Source of the DNA: Turneriella sp.
Lineage (GTDB): Bacteria; Spirochaetota; Leptospiria; Turneriellales; Turneriellaceae
Direction: 5' to 3'
NCBI GenBank assembly: GCA_965279515.1
Contig: CBDIID010000003.1
Location: forward strand, 3,488,001-3,552,000
Length of the DNA: 64,000 nt
Within the stretch, counting starts at the first letter, position 1, and every line of letters starts with the position of its first letter. The notes under the pieces were generated by a model that was not told where the DNA came from, made no database searches, and worked only from the letters and a program-made list of their open reading frames with translations. The translations under genes were made by a program, and so were the position numbers. Positions 10,170 to 20,335 of the stretch are shown piece by piece.

Positions 10170-10318
10170 GAGCTTTGCGAAAGTTGGTTTGTACACACCT
10201 TAAAGAGCAAGGTACCTGATCTAAGGCCTGAATTCTCACAACTAACCCTTGTGCTGCGATAGGTTTGTTACGCCGATACGAGGTCGGCGCATAACCAAGG
10301 CGCAATTAATACAGGCAA

Positions 10319-11026
10319 CTACCGTTTACGTGCAATTTGTAACAACATTGCATTCCACCCATGTGCTGACTCGCCTCTTGCTCCCAGCGTCGCCAACAGC
10401 TTTTTCCCTGTAACAACACTGTCCGCAATGTTGGTATGCACAAACATATGCTTTGACTTCAACAGTTCCGCCTGCGGATGGTTCGGGTCGTAGCCGCGCG
10501 GCACTTTTTTGGATTTGTCTTCATTGACCACTTCGGGAAAATTCTTACGGAAGGTTTTGTCGCCCAGTATTGCCACGATGCGGCTCTTCGGTGCGGCAAT
10601 GTCCTGTTTGAGGTTTTCGAGCACTGCTTTGTCGGGCATGTAATAACCCGCGCCGAAGATCGATTCGCCGCCGGGTTCGATGTGGATATAATAGCCCGGA
10701 ACTGTATCGCTCTTCTTGCCGCCGCTGCAGATGAAGGCCGCGAGGTGGGTTTTGTACGGCGACTTGTCTTTGCTGAAACGCACGTCGCGGTAAATACGGA
10801 ACAGGCAGCTTTTGGGGTCGATCGTCGTCAGCGCCTCGTCGTATTCGCTGAGTGCAAAGATCAGGCCCGAAACCAGTTCGAGAAAATTTTTCTGCGCAGT
10901 CTCTACATCCGCCTTGTGCTTTTGAAACCACTCACGGTTGTTATTCTTTTTCAAGGCCTTTAAAACCTTGAGGTCGTTTTCGGTCACAGCTTGGGATTTT
11001 TTTTTGTGCCGTACCTGCAACGACAA
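10319..11026 (-). CDS. DUF2461 (TIGR02453) family protein
   Basis: NNNREWF and FRIYRDVRFSKDKSPYK signature; start may be GTG 10987. Confidence 0.9.
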   Translation of the reverse strand: MSLQVRHKKKSQAVTENDLKVLKALKKNNNREWFQKHKADVETAQKNFLELVSGLIFALSEYDEALTTIDPKSCLFRIYRDVRFSKDKSPYKTHLAAFICSGGKKSDTVPGYYIHIEPGGESIFGAGYYMPDKAVLENLKQDIAAPKSRIVAILGDKTFRKNFPEVVNEDKSKKVPRGYDPNHPQAELLKSKHMFVHTNIADSVVTGKKLLATLGARGESAHGWNAMLLQIARKR

Positions 11027-11141
11027 TACGCATGGCTACTGAACAAGTGTTGACTATATAATTCGGCGACAAACTGCTTTTTTGGCGCTGCACGAAGCTG
11101 CGGGGGGATATAACAATCAACTAATCCCCACAGGAGCTTCT

Positions 11142-12005
11142 ATGAAAAAAAGTCTTTTTGCAGCTATCTTTTGTTTTGCAGCCACGGGGCTCTTCGCAGC
11201 ACCCACCACGATCTATGTTCACGGTTTTCATTTTTCTGTCGCGAAGACTGAAACGGCAAAAACCTGCCAGGGCAAGTCTACCTGCGAATCGTATTGGGGC
11301 GTTCAGGACAACTCGACTCCGGTTGTTCATACCGGCTATGACGGGCGTTATAATCCAACCGTGGCAGGCACAGAGCGCGGCTCAACGCGGCTGCTCGCCA
11401 ATCTCAACGCGTATTGCCGCCGTGACCGCGGCCAGTCCTGCCGCATCGTCAATCACTCGATGGGGGGATTAACCACCGGGTTCGTGTTGGCGAATTATAA
11501 CCGCAGCAATATTTATAACGTGCTCTATGTCACTTCACTGGTTTCGGCCGAAGGCGGTTCTGAGCTGGCTAACATCGGTTCGCCGGTTTTAACGACGCTC
11601 AATATCATCACACTCGGCCTTTCGAATTTTTTCCTGAATTTCCCTGACGCCGTTTCTGTTCTGAAAACGAGCGCGGCACGTGCCGCCTATGACCATAACC
11701 TGACGAATGGCACACCGTTTTACCATCTCGCGGGCAATACCTCTGAATGGTATATTGACTGGATTTTTCCCGGTAAACACGACACCGTACTTGCCATGCA
11801 TTCTACCTGCAGCTACCGCGACATCAAGTCGTTCACGCGCTGCGGCGGCGAGAGTGTTACTTCGGGTATCTGGCCTTTCAGAAGTACAAAATATTATACG
11901 ACGCATAGCGGCCACTACGTGCACCCGCGCTACAGCGCGGCGGGTGTCGGCATCAAACATCTCGACTTTCCGAACCGTAGCGACGTCGCAACGGCAGCGC
12001 CGTAA
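11142..12005 (+). CDS. Secreted alpha/beta hydrolase (lipase/esterase-like)
   Basis: AGGAG SD, signal peptide, YVHG oxyanion motif, NHSMGG nucleophile elbow, GGSELA, HDTVL. Confidence 0.8.
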   Translation: MKKSLFAAIFCFAATGLFAAPTTIYVHGFHFSVAKTETAKTCQGKSTCESYWGVQDNSTPVVHTGYDGRYNPTVAGTERGSTRLLANLNAYCRRDRGQSCRIVNHSMGGLTTGFVLANYNRSNIYNVLYVTSLVSAEGGSELANIGSPVLTTLNIITLGLSNFFLNFPDAVSVLKTSAARAAYDHNLTNGTPFYHLAGNTSEWYIDWIFPGKHDTVLAMHSTCSYRDIKSFTRCGGESVTSGIWPFRSTKYYTTHSGHYVHPRYSAAGVGIKHLDFPNRSDVATAAP

Positions 12006-12050
12006 CCGAAACGCGTCACCGGTGCGGTTATGCAGTGCCGGTGATTTAGT

Positions 12051-13226
12051 ATGAAACAGAAACGGTATTATTTTATCGCCGGCGCCGTAATTCTTCTCGG
12101 CCTCGGCTTAGTATTTTATTTCTATAAGGGACGCAGCGAGCGCCGCGGCAACGCCGTAAGCGACCACAAACGCCGCGTGCTCAGCGCCTTTGAAGATCCC
12201 ACCCGTGAGTTGCGCGAACTGGCGCTGAATGCGCAGGTGCCGTATGCAGATGTGCTGTCGGATTTCAAAATCTGGGCGCAGTATCCGCAGGATTCACGGC
12301 CGCTTTCCCGCGACGATGTCGACATTCTCAATTTTGGAAAAATCGAACTGCCGTACACGCCGATGCCGGTTATCGAAAACGGCAAGCCCAAAGAGCCCGT
12401 CTATTCCTGTGTGCTGCAGCCCAATGCGCACACAGCATACGAAAACGAAGACCTCGAGACCCACCTGCGTTGCCAGGAGATACAGAGCGGAAAATTTGTC
12501 ATGCCGGATGTCAGGGCGATGAAACTGACGCGCACTGCGGGAATCGGTATTTTCGATGTGCCACTACCCGATGTGCGGAAGAATGACCGCGCGCCTGTCT
12601 CCGTTGTTTTTGCCTACCGCGCGCGTCCCCAGGACTGGGGTGACATGGAGCTTGCGGTTGATTTTCTCATACCCGAAGAGAAGAGTTCGTTTATCCACCG
12701 GCTGAAGGTGCATTTTTTCTCCTCTCCCGAAGCGCCGGCAAAGTTTACGGGGAAATTTAACGAGCGTATCGATAACGGGTCTTTGATTCTTTCTGTCGAA
12801 GTCAATGTGCGCAAGCCAGGCCCCTACCGCATCGAAGGCAATCTCACGACCGACGACGGCCAACCGATCGCCCATGCCCGTGTCGACAGCCGTCTTGGCG
12901 GTGGCGCGCAGTGGGTGGATCTCCTCTTCTTCGGAAAAATTTTTCATGATAAGGGAATGCCGGGGCCGTATAAAGTCGCGGCGCTCTATGGCGCGCAGCA
13001 GAATCTGCCGATCAACCCCGATGCTTTGACCGGCCCCCCGGACCAGGTCGACAAAATGATCCAGATGACCGAGCAAACCGAACCGATCAAACGCGCGTTG
13101 TTGCCCTGGCAGGGTGATTACCACACTTCCGCATATCCCTTGAAGACCTTTTCTTTCGCCGAGTACGATTCCGAATTCAAGCGTGAAAGAATCGGCGAAC
13201 TCGAAAAACTCGCCGCCGGCAAATGA
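12051..13226 (+). CDS. N-terminally anchored protein with DUF4785-like Ig C-terminal domain
   Basis: TM anchor; FTG.F...DNGSL...V.V.KPGPY...NL...G.PIA....L.FFGK...GPY. Confidence 0.65.
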   Translation: MKQKRYYFIAGAVILLGLGLVFYFYKGRSERRGNAVSDHKRRVLSAFEDPTRELRELALNAQVPYADVLSDFKIWAQYPQDSRPLSRDDVDILNFGKIELPYTPMPVIENGKPKEPVYSCVLQPNAHTAYENEDLETHLRCQEIQSGKFVMPDVRAMKLTRTAGIGIFDVPLPDVRKNDRAPVSVVFAYRARPQDWGDMELAVDFLIPEEKSSFIHRLKVHFFSSPEAPAKFTGKFNERIDNGSLILSVEVNVRKPGPYRIEGNLTTDDGQPIAHARVDSRLGGGAQWVDLLFFGKIFHDKGMPGPYKVAALYGAQQNLPINPDALTGPPDQVDKMIQMTEQTEPIKRALLPWQGDYHTSAYPLKTFSFAEYDSEFKRERIGELEKLAAGK

Positions 13227-13861
13227 AGCCATGGCTGTGCGCGCTGCTGGCAAGCATGCCACTCCATAACGCGGTCTTCGCCCTGGTCGACGGTTCGAAC
13301 ACGGAAGTTCCGGCAGCGGTGCAGCTGAGGGATTACCTGATACACAGCAAATACCCGGAAGAGAACCGACTGCTCGGCGCAAACGATGAAGCTCTGGATC
13401 AAATTCCGCTAATTCCCGGAGACGCCTCGCCGAGTGCAGAGATTCTCGGCTTTTCGGACGACAGGCTTTCAAAAGGTTCGCTGCTGGTTTCGTTTTTGGT
13501 CAGCGTGCAGCAAGCCGGCACCTTCAGTTTTCGCACGTACCTCATGAGCGATACGGGTAAGCCCCTCGTACATACCATACTCACGCGTGAACTGAAGCCG
13601 GGAAAACATACGCTCACTTTTCTTTTTTACGGAAAAGCGGTGCGCGATGCCAGGCACTCGGGTCATTTTACTTTTTCGGGGCTGGTGGGTGAAAAGTTGC
13701 CCGATGCCACGGCCGGCTCCGGTCGGCTGAATTTTTTCCGGAAGCCCTACCGCACGAAGCAGTACCGCCATTCAGATTTCACTTCGCAGGATTGGGATTC
13801 GCCGCAAAAGCGCGCCCGCATCCGTGAACTACAGCAACAGATTAAGGCCGGGAAACCTTAA
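13223..13861 (+). CDS. Secreted paralog of the C-terminal domain of 12051-13226
   Basis: ATGA overlap; shares YP.e.R.L, GSL...V, LF.GK and F...d.DS..K..RI.EL motifs. Confidence 0.7.
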   Translation: MKPWLCALLASMPLHNAVFALVDGSNTEVPAAVQLRDYLIHSKYPEENRLLGANDEALDQIPLIPGDASPSAEILGFSDDRLSKGSLLVSFLVSVQQAGTFSFRTYLMSDTGKPLVHTILTRELKPGKHTLTFLFYGKAVRDARHSGHFTFSGLVGEKLPDATAGSGRLNFFRKPYRTKQYRHSDFTSQDWDSPQKRARIRELQQQIKAGKP

Positions 13862-14612
13862 CCACTGGCCGGTGTGCGGGTGGCAGCGCCGGCGTAGTGG
13901 CAGGCGCGTCGTCTGCCTCGCCCATCGCGGTTTCCGAGTCACCGTCGTCGAGTTCCCAACGCTCCGGGGTCAGGCGGTAATAACGGTAAGATGAAGTGTC
14001 TTCGGTGACGCGGCATTTGCCGTCGCGTTCGGTGTGCCGTTGGCGCAGCACGATCTTCTGTGCGTCATTGTTGTCGCGCGACCAGAGCGTCAGGTTGCCG
14101 ACCTTGCCACCGCAGCGTTTCTGCAAAGATTCTTCGAGAAAAATTTCCTGGCCGTGCTGGTCGCGGGCCGCTTCGACCTCGCCCGTCGCGGCAACGCGCA
14201 GCACCTGGTAGTCGGCATAACGTTCTTCGGCTTCGCGCGCCTCATGCCTGATGAAGACATAACTCGTATTGCCCGCTTCGAGAGTTTCGGTAATCTCACC
14301 CTCGGCCTGGTAGACGAATTCACAACTGGTTTTTCCGGCAAAGAACAGCGTCACCGGCTGCGCCGCGCCTTTCCCTTCATCTGGGTCGGGCAGCATCAGC
14401 TGCACCGCACCGACCTGCGTCTGCAGGCGCATGATTTTGTGTTCGATCGTAGGCGGCTTCTCATCGTCGGCCGAAAAATTTTCCGCAATATACTTTCGGG
14501 CTGCCTTGTCGAGGTCGGGGCAGCCGCCTACCTGTTGGGCCGACAGGCCTGGCAGGGCAAAGAGGGAGATCCCACTGAGGGTCAGAATACTGCTGATCGT
14601 GCGCATAGTCAT
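13842..14612 (-). CDS. Secreted hypothetical protein
   Basis: Signal peptide, 4 Cys, 256 aa. Confidence 0.65.
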   Translation of the reverse strand: MTMRTISSILTLSGISLFALPGLSAQQVGGCPDLDKAARKYIAENFSADDEKPPTIEHKIMRLQTQVGAVQLMLPDPDEGKGAAQPVTLFFAGKTSCEFVYQAEGEITETLEAGNTSYVFIRHEAREAEERYADYQVLRVAATGEVEAARDQHGQEIFLEESLQKRCGGKVGNLTLWSRDNNDAQKIVLRQRHTERDGKCRVTEDTSSYRYYRLTPERWELDDGDSETAMGEADDAPATTPALPPAHRPVVKVSRP

Positions 14613-14688
14613 TCGACGCTTTCATGCCACTTTGGTTCGCAAAACCTACTTTCCAGAGGCGCAGTGGGATTAACCCCGGTGCAGGCTT

Positions 14689-15393
14689 ATGCTCGAATGG
14701 TTATGGCACCTCAGTTTCGTTTCGGCCAGCGCCGTTTTTCTCGGCCTGAATGTGCTGATTTTTCTTGGCGCGCTGGCCGCGGGCTGGTTCATCGACAGAT
14801 ATCTCGCGCGGCGTAGCTTGCCCCGCGGACGCATCACGGCGACCGAACTTGTTTTAAGTCTTTGCACCGTCTGCATCAACAGTGCGATCACTTCGGCGGG
14901 TTGGCTGCTTTGGCAGCGGGGGGTAATCCAACTCAATGTTGCAGGCAATGCGTGGCAGATACTGCGCGATACGCTGGTGCTCGTCGTGGTCATGGATCTC
15001 GCATTATACGTTCTGCACCGCATCGCGCACATACCGTTGTTCTATAAAATTGCGCACTACAAACACCATGAGTATAAAGAGGTGCGGGTTCTGACGCTTT
15101 TTGTCATGAGCCCGCTCGAGGCTTTGGGTTTCGGTACGCTCTGGGTTTTTACGCTGTGCTTTTTTCCGTTCACGATTGAGGCAATCGCGGTTTTTCTCAA
15201 TCTGAATCTTTATTTCGGTGTCACGGCGCATGCGGGCGTGGCGCTTTACCCCGCGGGGTTGCGGCGTGCCTGCGCCGCGATTGGTTTGACCTACCCGGAG
15301 TTTCATGGGGCGCACCATGAAAATGAAGCCGTCAATATGGGGTTTTATACACGTATCTGGGATGTTTTATTCCATACCGAAGGCCGGAAATGA
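14689..15393 (+). CDS. Sterol desaturase / fatty acid hydroxylase family protein
   Basis: His boxes HRIAH, HYKHH, AH, HGAHH; N.GFY..IWD.LF.T. Confidence 0.9.
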   Translation: MLEWLWHLSFVSASAVFLGLNVLIFLGALAAGWFIDRYLARRSLPRGRITATELVLSLCTVCINSAITSAGWLLWQRGVIQLNVAGNAWQILRDTLVLVVVMDLALYVLHRIAHIPLFYKIAHYKHHEYKEVRVLTLFVMSPLEALGFGTLWVFTLCFFPFTIEAIAVFLNLNLYFGVTAHAGVALYPAGLRRACAAIGLTYPEFHGAHHENEAVNMGFYTRIWDVLFHTEGRK

Positions 15394-15458
15394 TGTATTT
15401 GTAGAGCTATTTATCCTTTTTTACTTGACTGGCCGCCATCGGATAAAAATCCCCTCGC

Positions 15459-16580
15459 ATGACGTCGCTAAAAATTGAAACCGAGAACCTCAATATCACG
15501 ATCGACAACGACACGCTGGTAAAATTCCGCAAGTTCTGGCGCGAGAATGATTTCACGCTCGGCATAGAGCTTCTCGATGCGCAGCACATGTGGCTCATCG
15601 CGCTGATTTTCCATCTCGATACACTACTGTCGCAAAAAGGCGAAAAAGACCTGAAGCAGATCGATGCAGTTTTTAGCGAAGCGCTGCGTTATGCGGATAC
15701 ACACTTCCAGGCCGAAGAGCTGGCGCTGGCCGAGTACCGTTTTCCTGAAGAGACCGACCATGCGGCGCGCCACCATGCGTTTAAGGATAGCATCAAAAAT
15801 ATCCTGAGCTCCCCCGAAAAAGGCGATGCCGACCGTGCGGGGCAGTTGAGTAAATTCCTGCAGAACTGGCTGGTGCAACACATCAAAAAAGAAGACTTTG
15901 CCTACCGCGATTTTTTCCGCACCGAAGGCATCGACGCCAATGCCTACTTTCAGCGCCTGATCGCCGGCGGTTCAGAGTTTGCACTGACCGAGAATCAGCT
16001 GAATCTCTATGCCGAGATCATCCAGAACAATGAGATCATTCCCGGAATCTCGAATGAAGTTTTGAGCGAGGTGCGCCGCATGTGGAAAAGTTTTTCCATC
16101 CGCCTCTATGTGCCGCTCATTGATATGCAGCATCTCTGGCTCATCAAGATGATAGTGGAGCTCGAAGTCGCGCTGAAAGAAAATTACGATAAGAGGCTCA
16201 ACCTGCTGAGCGATCTTCTGCCCGATGTGAAAAGGTATGTCGAAGAGCATTTTTCCGCCGAAGAGGCGATGATGGATGCCTTGGGGTATCCCGCGGCGGC
16301 GGGGCATAAGAAACTGCATGAACTTTTTAACCGAACGATTTCTGCTCACGACGCCGAATATGCGACGCGCACAAGACAGGGCGCTTCGGTGCTGGTGCAT
16401 GACCTCAAGGACTGGCTGCTGACACACATCGTGATCGAAGACGCCAAATTTGCGAAACTCTGCCGCGAAAAACATACCGAAGCTATAGCCGTATCGAAAC
16501 ATATGATTGGCGAAAAAAAAGCGCAGTTCCGCAAGGCGCAGATTTTACTCTACCAGTATATTGTCGGACAGGGCAAATAA
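15459..16580 (+). CDS. Tandem two-domain bacteriohemerythrin
   Basis: Two sets of D.QH, HF..EE, H...H and WL..HI..ED ligand motifs. Confidence 0.9.
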   Translation: MTSLKIETENLNITIDNDTLVKFRKFWRENDFTLGIELLDAQHMWLIALIFHLDTLLSQKGEKDLKQIDAVFSEALRYADTHFQAEELALAEYRFPEETDHAARHHAFKDSIKNILSSPEKGDADRAGQLSKFLQNWLVQHIKKEDFAYRDFFRTEGIDANAYFQRLIAGGSEFALTENQLNLYAEIIQNNEIIPGISNEVLSEVRRMWKSFSIRLYVPLIDMQHLWLIKMIVELEVALKENYDKRLNLLSDLLPDVKRYVEEHFSAEEAMMDALGYPAAAGHKKLHELFNRTISAHDAEYATRTRQGASVLVHDLKDWLLTHIVIEDAKFAKLCREKHTEAIAVSKHMIGEKKAQFRKAQILLYQYIVGQGK

Positions 16581-16598
16581 CTTCCCGGGCCTTAGGAC

Positions 16599-16626
16599 TT
16601 GACAATCGGACCGACCGGAATAGCGT
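16599..16626 (+). promoter_or_regulatory. Sigma70-type promoter, probably leaderless
   Basis: TTGACA-N16-TAGCGT, then 6 nt to ATG 16633; no SD. Confidence 0.6.
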
Positions 16627-16632
16627 CACCCG

Positions 16633-18567
16633 ATGCTGCCGGTACTCTTATTGGTCAGTCTTGCCGGCTTTTCGGGCGAAATCCCGATTGGTAAAACGAC
16701 CGGGTATCTCAAAAGCGACGGGCCCGTCGAAGCGATGGCCGCGGCACCGGGTTGGCAGCCTCTCGGCAAAGACCATGCCGGGCTGGGATTTCATAAAGAC
16801 CCGGTTTGGCTGCGCTTCAGCCTGGTAAATCCCGAAGCCACGGCAAAAAATCTTGTCCTCGATCTGGGTTATCCCCTGCACGACCATGTCGAGTTCTATT
16901 TCCGAAGTGCAAATGCCTGGGCTAAGAAAATTTCCGGCGACATGCATCCCTATGGCACTCGGGAAATTGATTCGGCAAATATCGCGTTTTTACTGAACGC
17001 GCCGCCGGGCGAGAATACCTATTATCTCAGAATCCATTCGCAGAGCTCGCTTGTATTACCGCTGCGTATTCTCAGCGAACAAAAATTTTATAACGAAAAA
17101 TTCCAGGAATATATCGTCCTGTTTCTCTATTTCGGCGTGCTGATCGTCATGGCGCTCTATAACCTGTTCCTGTACTTCTCTATCCGCGATCGCACCTATC
17201 TTTATTATACACTCTTCACCGCTGTGCTGCTGGTAAATACCGCCAACCTGAACGGTATGAGTTTCCAGTTTCTCTGGCCGGATTCACCGCGTTGGGGCAA
17301 TATTGCCGTGATGCTGGGCGTTTTTCTCGTGCACGCCCTGGGCATCCAGTTTAGCCGCAGTTATCTGCGTACCGACAAACTGACGCCGCGCCTCGATATC
17401 TTGCTCAAGATTTTTACCGGCATCTGTTATGCCGGGTGCATTGCGGCATTTTTCGTTCCGTACTGGGCGCTCATGAAATCGGTGCTGTTTTTGGTGCTGG
17501 GCGCGACGATTCTGCTGATGGGTGTTGGTGGTTATGGCGTCGTGAGGAAATACCGTCCGGCGTATTTTTATCTCAGCGCATGGCTGTTGCTGCTGACGGC
17601 AAATATTCTCGCAATTCTTAAGAATGCCGGTGTGCTACCGAGCTGGACAATTCTGTCATACAGTATCCAGATCGGTTCGGCCATCGAAGTGGTGTTACTT
17701 TCGTTGGGCCTTGCCGACCGCATCAATGTACTCAACAATAGTCTGGAAGAGGCGAACCGTACGCTCGAGGCGAAGGTGCGCGACCGCACCGAAGAGCTGG
17801 CAAAGATCAACTGGGATCTCGCGCAGAAAAATGAGATCATGGAGATCGAACTGGTCATTGCCTCCGAGATACAGAAGAGTATTTTCCCGAACCTGGCATG
17901 GCGTAAGAACGGCCTGGCTCTCGCAGGCCATTACCGGCCGCTGCAGAAGGTCGGTGGCGACTATTACGACATCTTCCACTACGACGGCTGGACGGGTATT
18001 GTGCTCGCCGACGCCGAGGGGCACGGTGTGCCGGCGGCGTTACTCACGGCTATGGCGAAGATCAGCTTTTCTGAGGCTGTCGCAAAGACCAAGTCGCCGG
18101 GTGAGATTCTGAAGTATGTCAATGACTCGATGCATAAGCTCGTGCTCAGCCAGGGGCATCTGACAGCAGTCTTCGCGGCGATCTCACCCGACCGGGAACT
18201 CACCTATGCCAATGCGGCGCATCCGCCGGCGTATTTGCTGCGCAAATCGCTGGTGAATATATTGCCGCTTGCGGCCAGCGGCTATTTGCTCGGCGTCACC
18301 AATCAGCAGAAAATTTTTGAAACCAAGAAAGAATCGCTGCTCTCCGGCGACCGGTTATTCTTGTTTTCCGACGGCCTCTACGACCACCATAAGATGGAAA
18401 AGAGTGTGATCGATGAAATCTGGATGCAAAACGTTTTGCGCCGCAGCCTCGATATGCCACTGAGCGATGCCTCCTCATTTATTCTCCACGAATGGGAAAC
18501 CACGATGCATGGCGCGCCGATCCAGGATGACATGAGTTTTCTCATGGTCGAAGTCGAACCGACCTGA
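16633..18567 (+). CDS. 7TM-DISM receptor fused to SpoIIE/PP2C phosphatase
   Basis: 7TMR-DISMED2 ectodomain (VWLRF, YYLRI.S), 7 TM (MALYNLFLYFS), GGDYYD, DAEGHGVPAALL, SDG, DDMS. Confidence 0.92.
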   Translation: MLPVLLLVSLAGFSGEIPIGKTTGYLKSDGPVEAMAAAPGWQPLGKDHAGLGFHKDPVWLRFSLVNPEATAKNLVLDLGYPLHDHVEFYFRSANAWAKKISGDMHPYGTREIDSANIAFLLNAPPGENTYYLRIHSQSSLVLPLRILSEQKFYNEKFQEYIVLFLYFGVLIVMALYNLFLYFSIRDRTYLYYTLFTAVLLVNTANLNGMSFQFLWPDSPRWGNIAVMLGVFLVHALGIQFSRSYLRTDKLTPRLDILLKIFTGICYAGCIAAFFVPYWALMKSVLFLVLGATILLMGVGGYGVVRKYRPAYFYLSAWLLLLTANILAILKNAGVLPSWTILSYSIQIGSAIEVVLLSLGLADRINVLNNSLEEANRTLEAKVRDRTEELAKINWDLAQKNEIMEIELVIASEIQKSIFPNLAWRKNGLALAGHYRPLQKVGGDYYDIFHYDGWTGIVLADAEGHGVPAALLTAMAKISFSEAVAKTKSPGEILKYVNDSMHKLVLSQGHLTAVFAAISPDRELTYANAAHPPAYLLRKSLVNILPLAASGYLLGVTNQQKIFETKKESLLSGDRLFLFSDGLYDHHKMEKSVIDEIWMQNVLRRSLDMPLSDASSFILHEWETTMHGAPIQDDMSFLMVEVEPT

Positions 18568-18571
18568 TCCT

Positions 18572-19282
18572 ATGGACAAACGTTTCGAACAATGGTCGCC
18601 CGTGCATATCCTTATCGTCGCATTGACGGTCGTTGTAGCCGCTCTTTTGATATTTCTGGGCCGCAGGTATCAGGGTAAGTCTTTTACTTTCGTCATTGGA
18701 AATGCCATCGCCGCGATTCTGCTGCTGAATTATTTCGTCTATGTCGGTTACCGTATCCACGCCGGGCTGTGGATGATCCGTTATGACCTGCCGATGGAGC
18801 TCTGCAACTGGGCGGCGCTGGCGACGATGTTTGCGTTTTTTACCCGGAACCGAACGCTCGCAGAAGTGGTCTACTTCTGGGTGATGGCGGGGTCAGTCAA
18901 CGGTGTAATCTCTCCCGACCTGCCGTTTTCATTTCCGCATATCTATTTCTTTATATTCCACATCGCGCATTCGGGCCTCGTGATCGGTAGCTTATACCTG
19001 GTTTTTGGACTGAAGTTTTATCCCCGCCCGGGGGCCATCCGCCGGGTTTTCATTATCTCGCAGGTTTATCTTGCCACGGCCTTTGTCATTAACTATGCGC
19101 TGGGTGGAAACTACGGTTATACCATGGCGAAGCCCTCTTCGGCTTCGGTGTTTGATTATCTGGGGCCATGGCCGTATTATTTACTGAGTCTTGAAGGCCT
19201 GGCGCTTGTCCTTTACGGGATTCTTTATCTGCCCTTTTTCCTTCTGCGACGCTTTCAAAGTTCTGTGCACGATCGGGCATGA
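18572..19282 (+). CDS. YwaF/TIGR02206 family integral membrane protein
   Basis: LPMELC, HSG, NY.Y...P..S..D.LGPWP.Y. Confidence 0.85.
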   Translation: MDKRFEQWSPVHILIVALTVVVAALLIFLGRRYQGKSFTFVIGNAIAAILLLNYFVYVGYRIHAGLWMIRYDLPMELCNWAALATMFAFFTRNRTLAEVVYFWVMAGSVNGVISPDLPFSFPHIYFFIFHIAHSGLVIGSLYLVFGLKFYPRPGAIRRVFIISQVYLATAFVINYALGGNYGYTMAKPSSASVFDYLGPWPYYLLSLEGLALVLYGILYLPFFLLRRFQSSVHDRA

Positions 19283-20058
19283 CGAAACCGCGGGCACGCA
19301 GACAACGGCCCGCGCTGCTCTTTCTTGCGGTTTCTTTATCCCTGCACACCGGTGTCCTGGTCGTTCTGATTTGCATGCCGCGGTTAGAGGTTCAAAAGGC
19401 AGCTATCATCCATCCGGTGGTGATTGAGAATAGTGCCGCCCGAACCCGGGGAAAGCGCAGCCAAGAAGGGGGCGCCGCTCCGCGTACCGATTTAACTCCC
19501 TTATTGTCTCCTCAAGGGAGGATATTCGATCCGACGGGTATTTTTTCTCTTCCAGAGTCTTATTTGTCCAATCCTGCGCTGAATCTGAATCTCGGGAAGC
19601 CGCGGGCTTCAGGGCAGCGCGGCCGGGAAATTGAACCCGGCAGATTCGATACGGGGTGGGGCAGTAAAAGGTTTACCACAATCGAATTCCATATGCTTAA
19701 GGTGGCCCAGATTCTTCATTTCAGGGAGATCCACTGGTTAGATGACGAAATCAAGTGCCGTATCGCCGAAGGGCAAATTCTCGATTTCTTCAACGATAAG
19801 GTGCTGATTAGAACCTGGTATACGTTGGGTATGGGGTCGCGGTTACCCGATGCCAGGGACAAGCAGGAACTCGTCTATTACCTGCGTCGCCTCGAGCGCA
19901 GAATCCTGGAAGAAGGGATTTACGAACAGGCGGCAAATCTGGCTGTCATCTACCGCACCGTCTATGGCAGGCTCAAACCCGATCTGAGAGAGTATTGGGA
20001 TAGCCTGACCGGGAACTACCGGCTACTCAACGACCCTGAGCGTAGCCCGGAATTTTAA
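19279..20058 (+). CDS. Single-pass membrane hypothetical protein
   Basis: N-terminal TM with S-x3-H (SLSLH), as in TonB/TolA anchors; ATGA overlap. Confidence 0.55.
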   Translation: MTKPRARRQRPALLFLAVSLSLHTGVLVVLICMPRLEVQKAAIIHPVVIENSAARTRGKRSQEGGAAPRTDLTPLLSPQGRIFDPTGIFSLPESYLSNPALNLNLGKPRASGQRGREIEPGRFDTGWGSKRFTTIEFHMLKVAQILHFREIHWLDDEIKCRIAEGQILDFFNDKVLIRTWYTLGMGSRLPDARDKQELVYYLRRLERRILEEGIYEQAANLAVIYRTVYGRLKPDLREYWDSLTGNYRLLNDPERSPEF

Positions 20059-20107
20059 TCCACAAGCCGGATTTTTCAGCAAAAAAAGCGATTTTCGTTT
20101 TTTTCGC

Positions 20108-20134
20108 TCAAAGTATTTTTTATTTTCCCGACAT
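20108..20134 (+). promoter_or_regulatory. Putative sigma28 (FliA) promoter of flaB
   Basis: TCAA-N15-CCCGACAT versus consensus TAAA-N15-GCCGATAA. Confidence 0.55.
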
Positions 20135-20287
20135 TACCATTAGGGGAGAAAAGGCGCATTTTTTGTTAAATGGGATTAAACAAGGCCTAAAATGACTGTT
20201 TTTATGCATTAGTCTCTGCCAGGTTGCTCTAGCTTCATCTGACTGGGCTCCATTTGACTAAGCCCGCCATCCGTACCTATACCATAA

Positions 20288-20328
20288 ACCCGCCAAGGAA
20301 GGTGGGTAGTGATTTAGGACAACGGAGG
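20288..20328 (+). promoter_or_regulatory. CsrA-binding hairpin plus ACGGAGG SD in the first flaB leader
   Basis: ACCCGCC-AAGGAA-GGTGGGT stem-loop. Confidence 0.65.
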
Positions 20329-20335
20329 GTTACAG

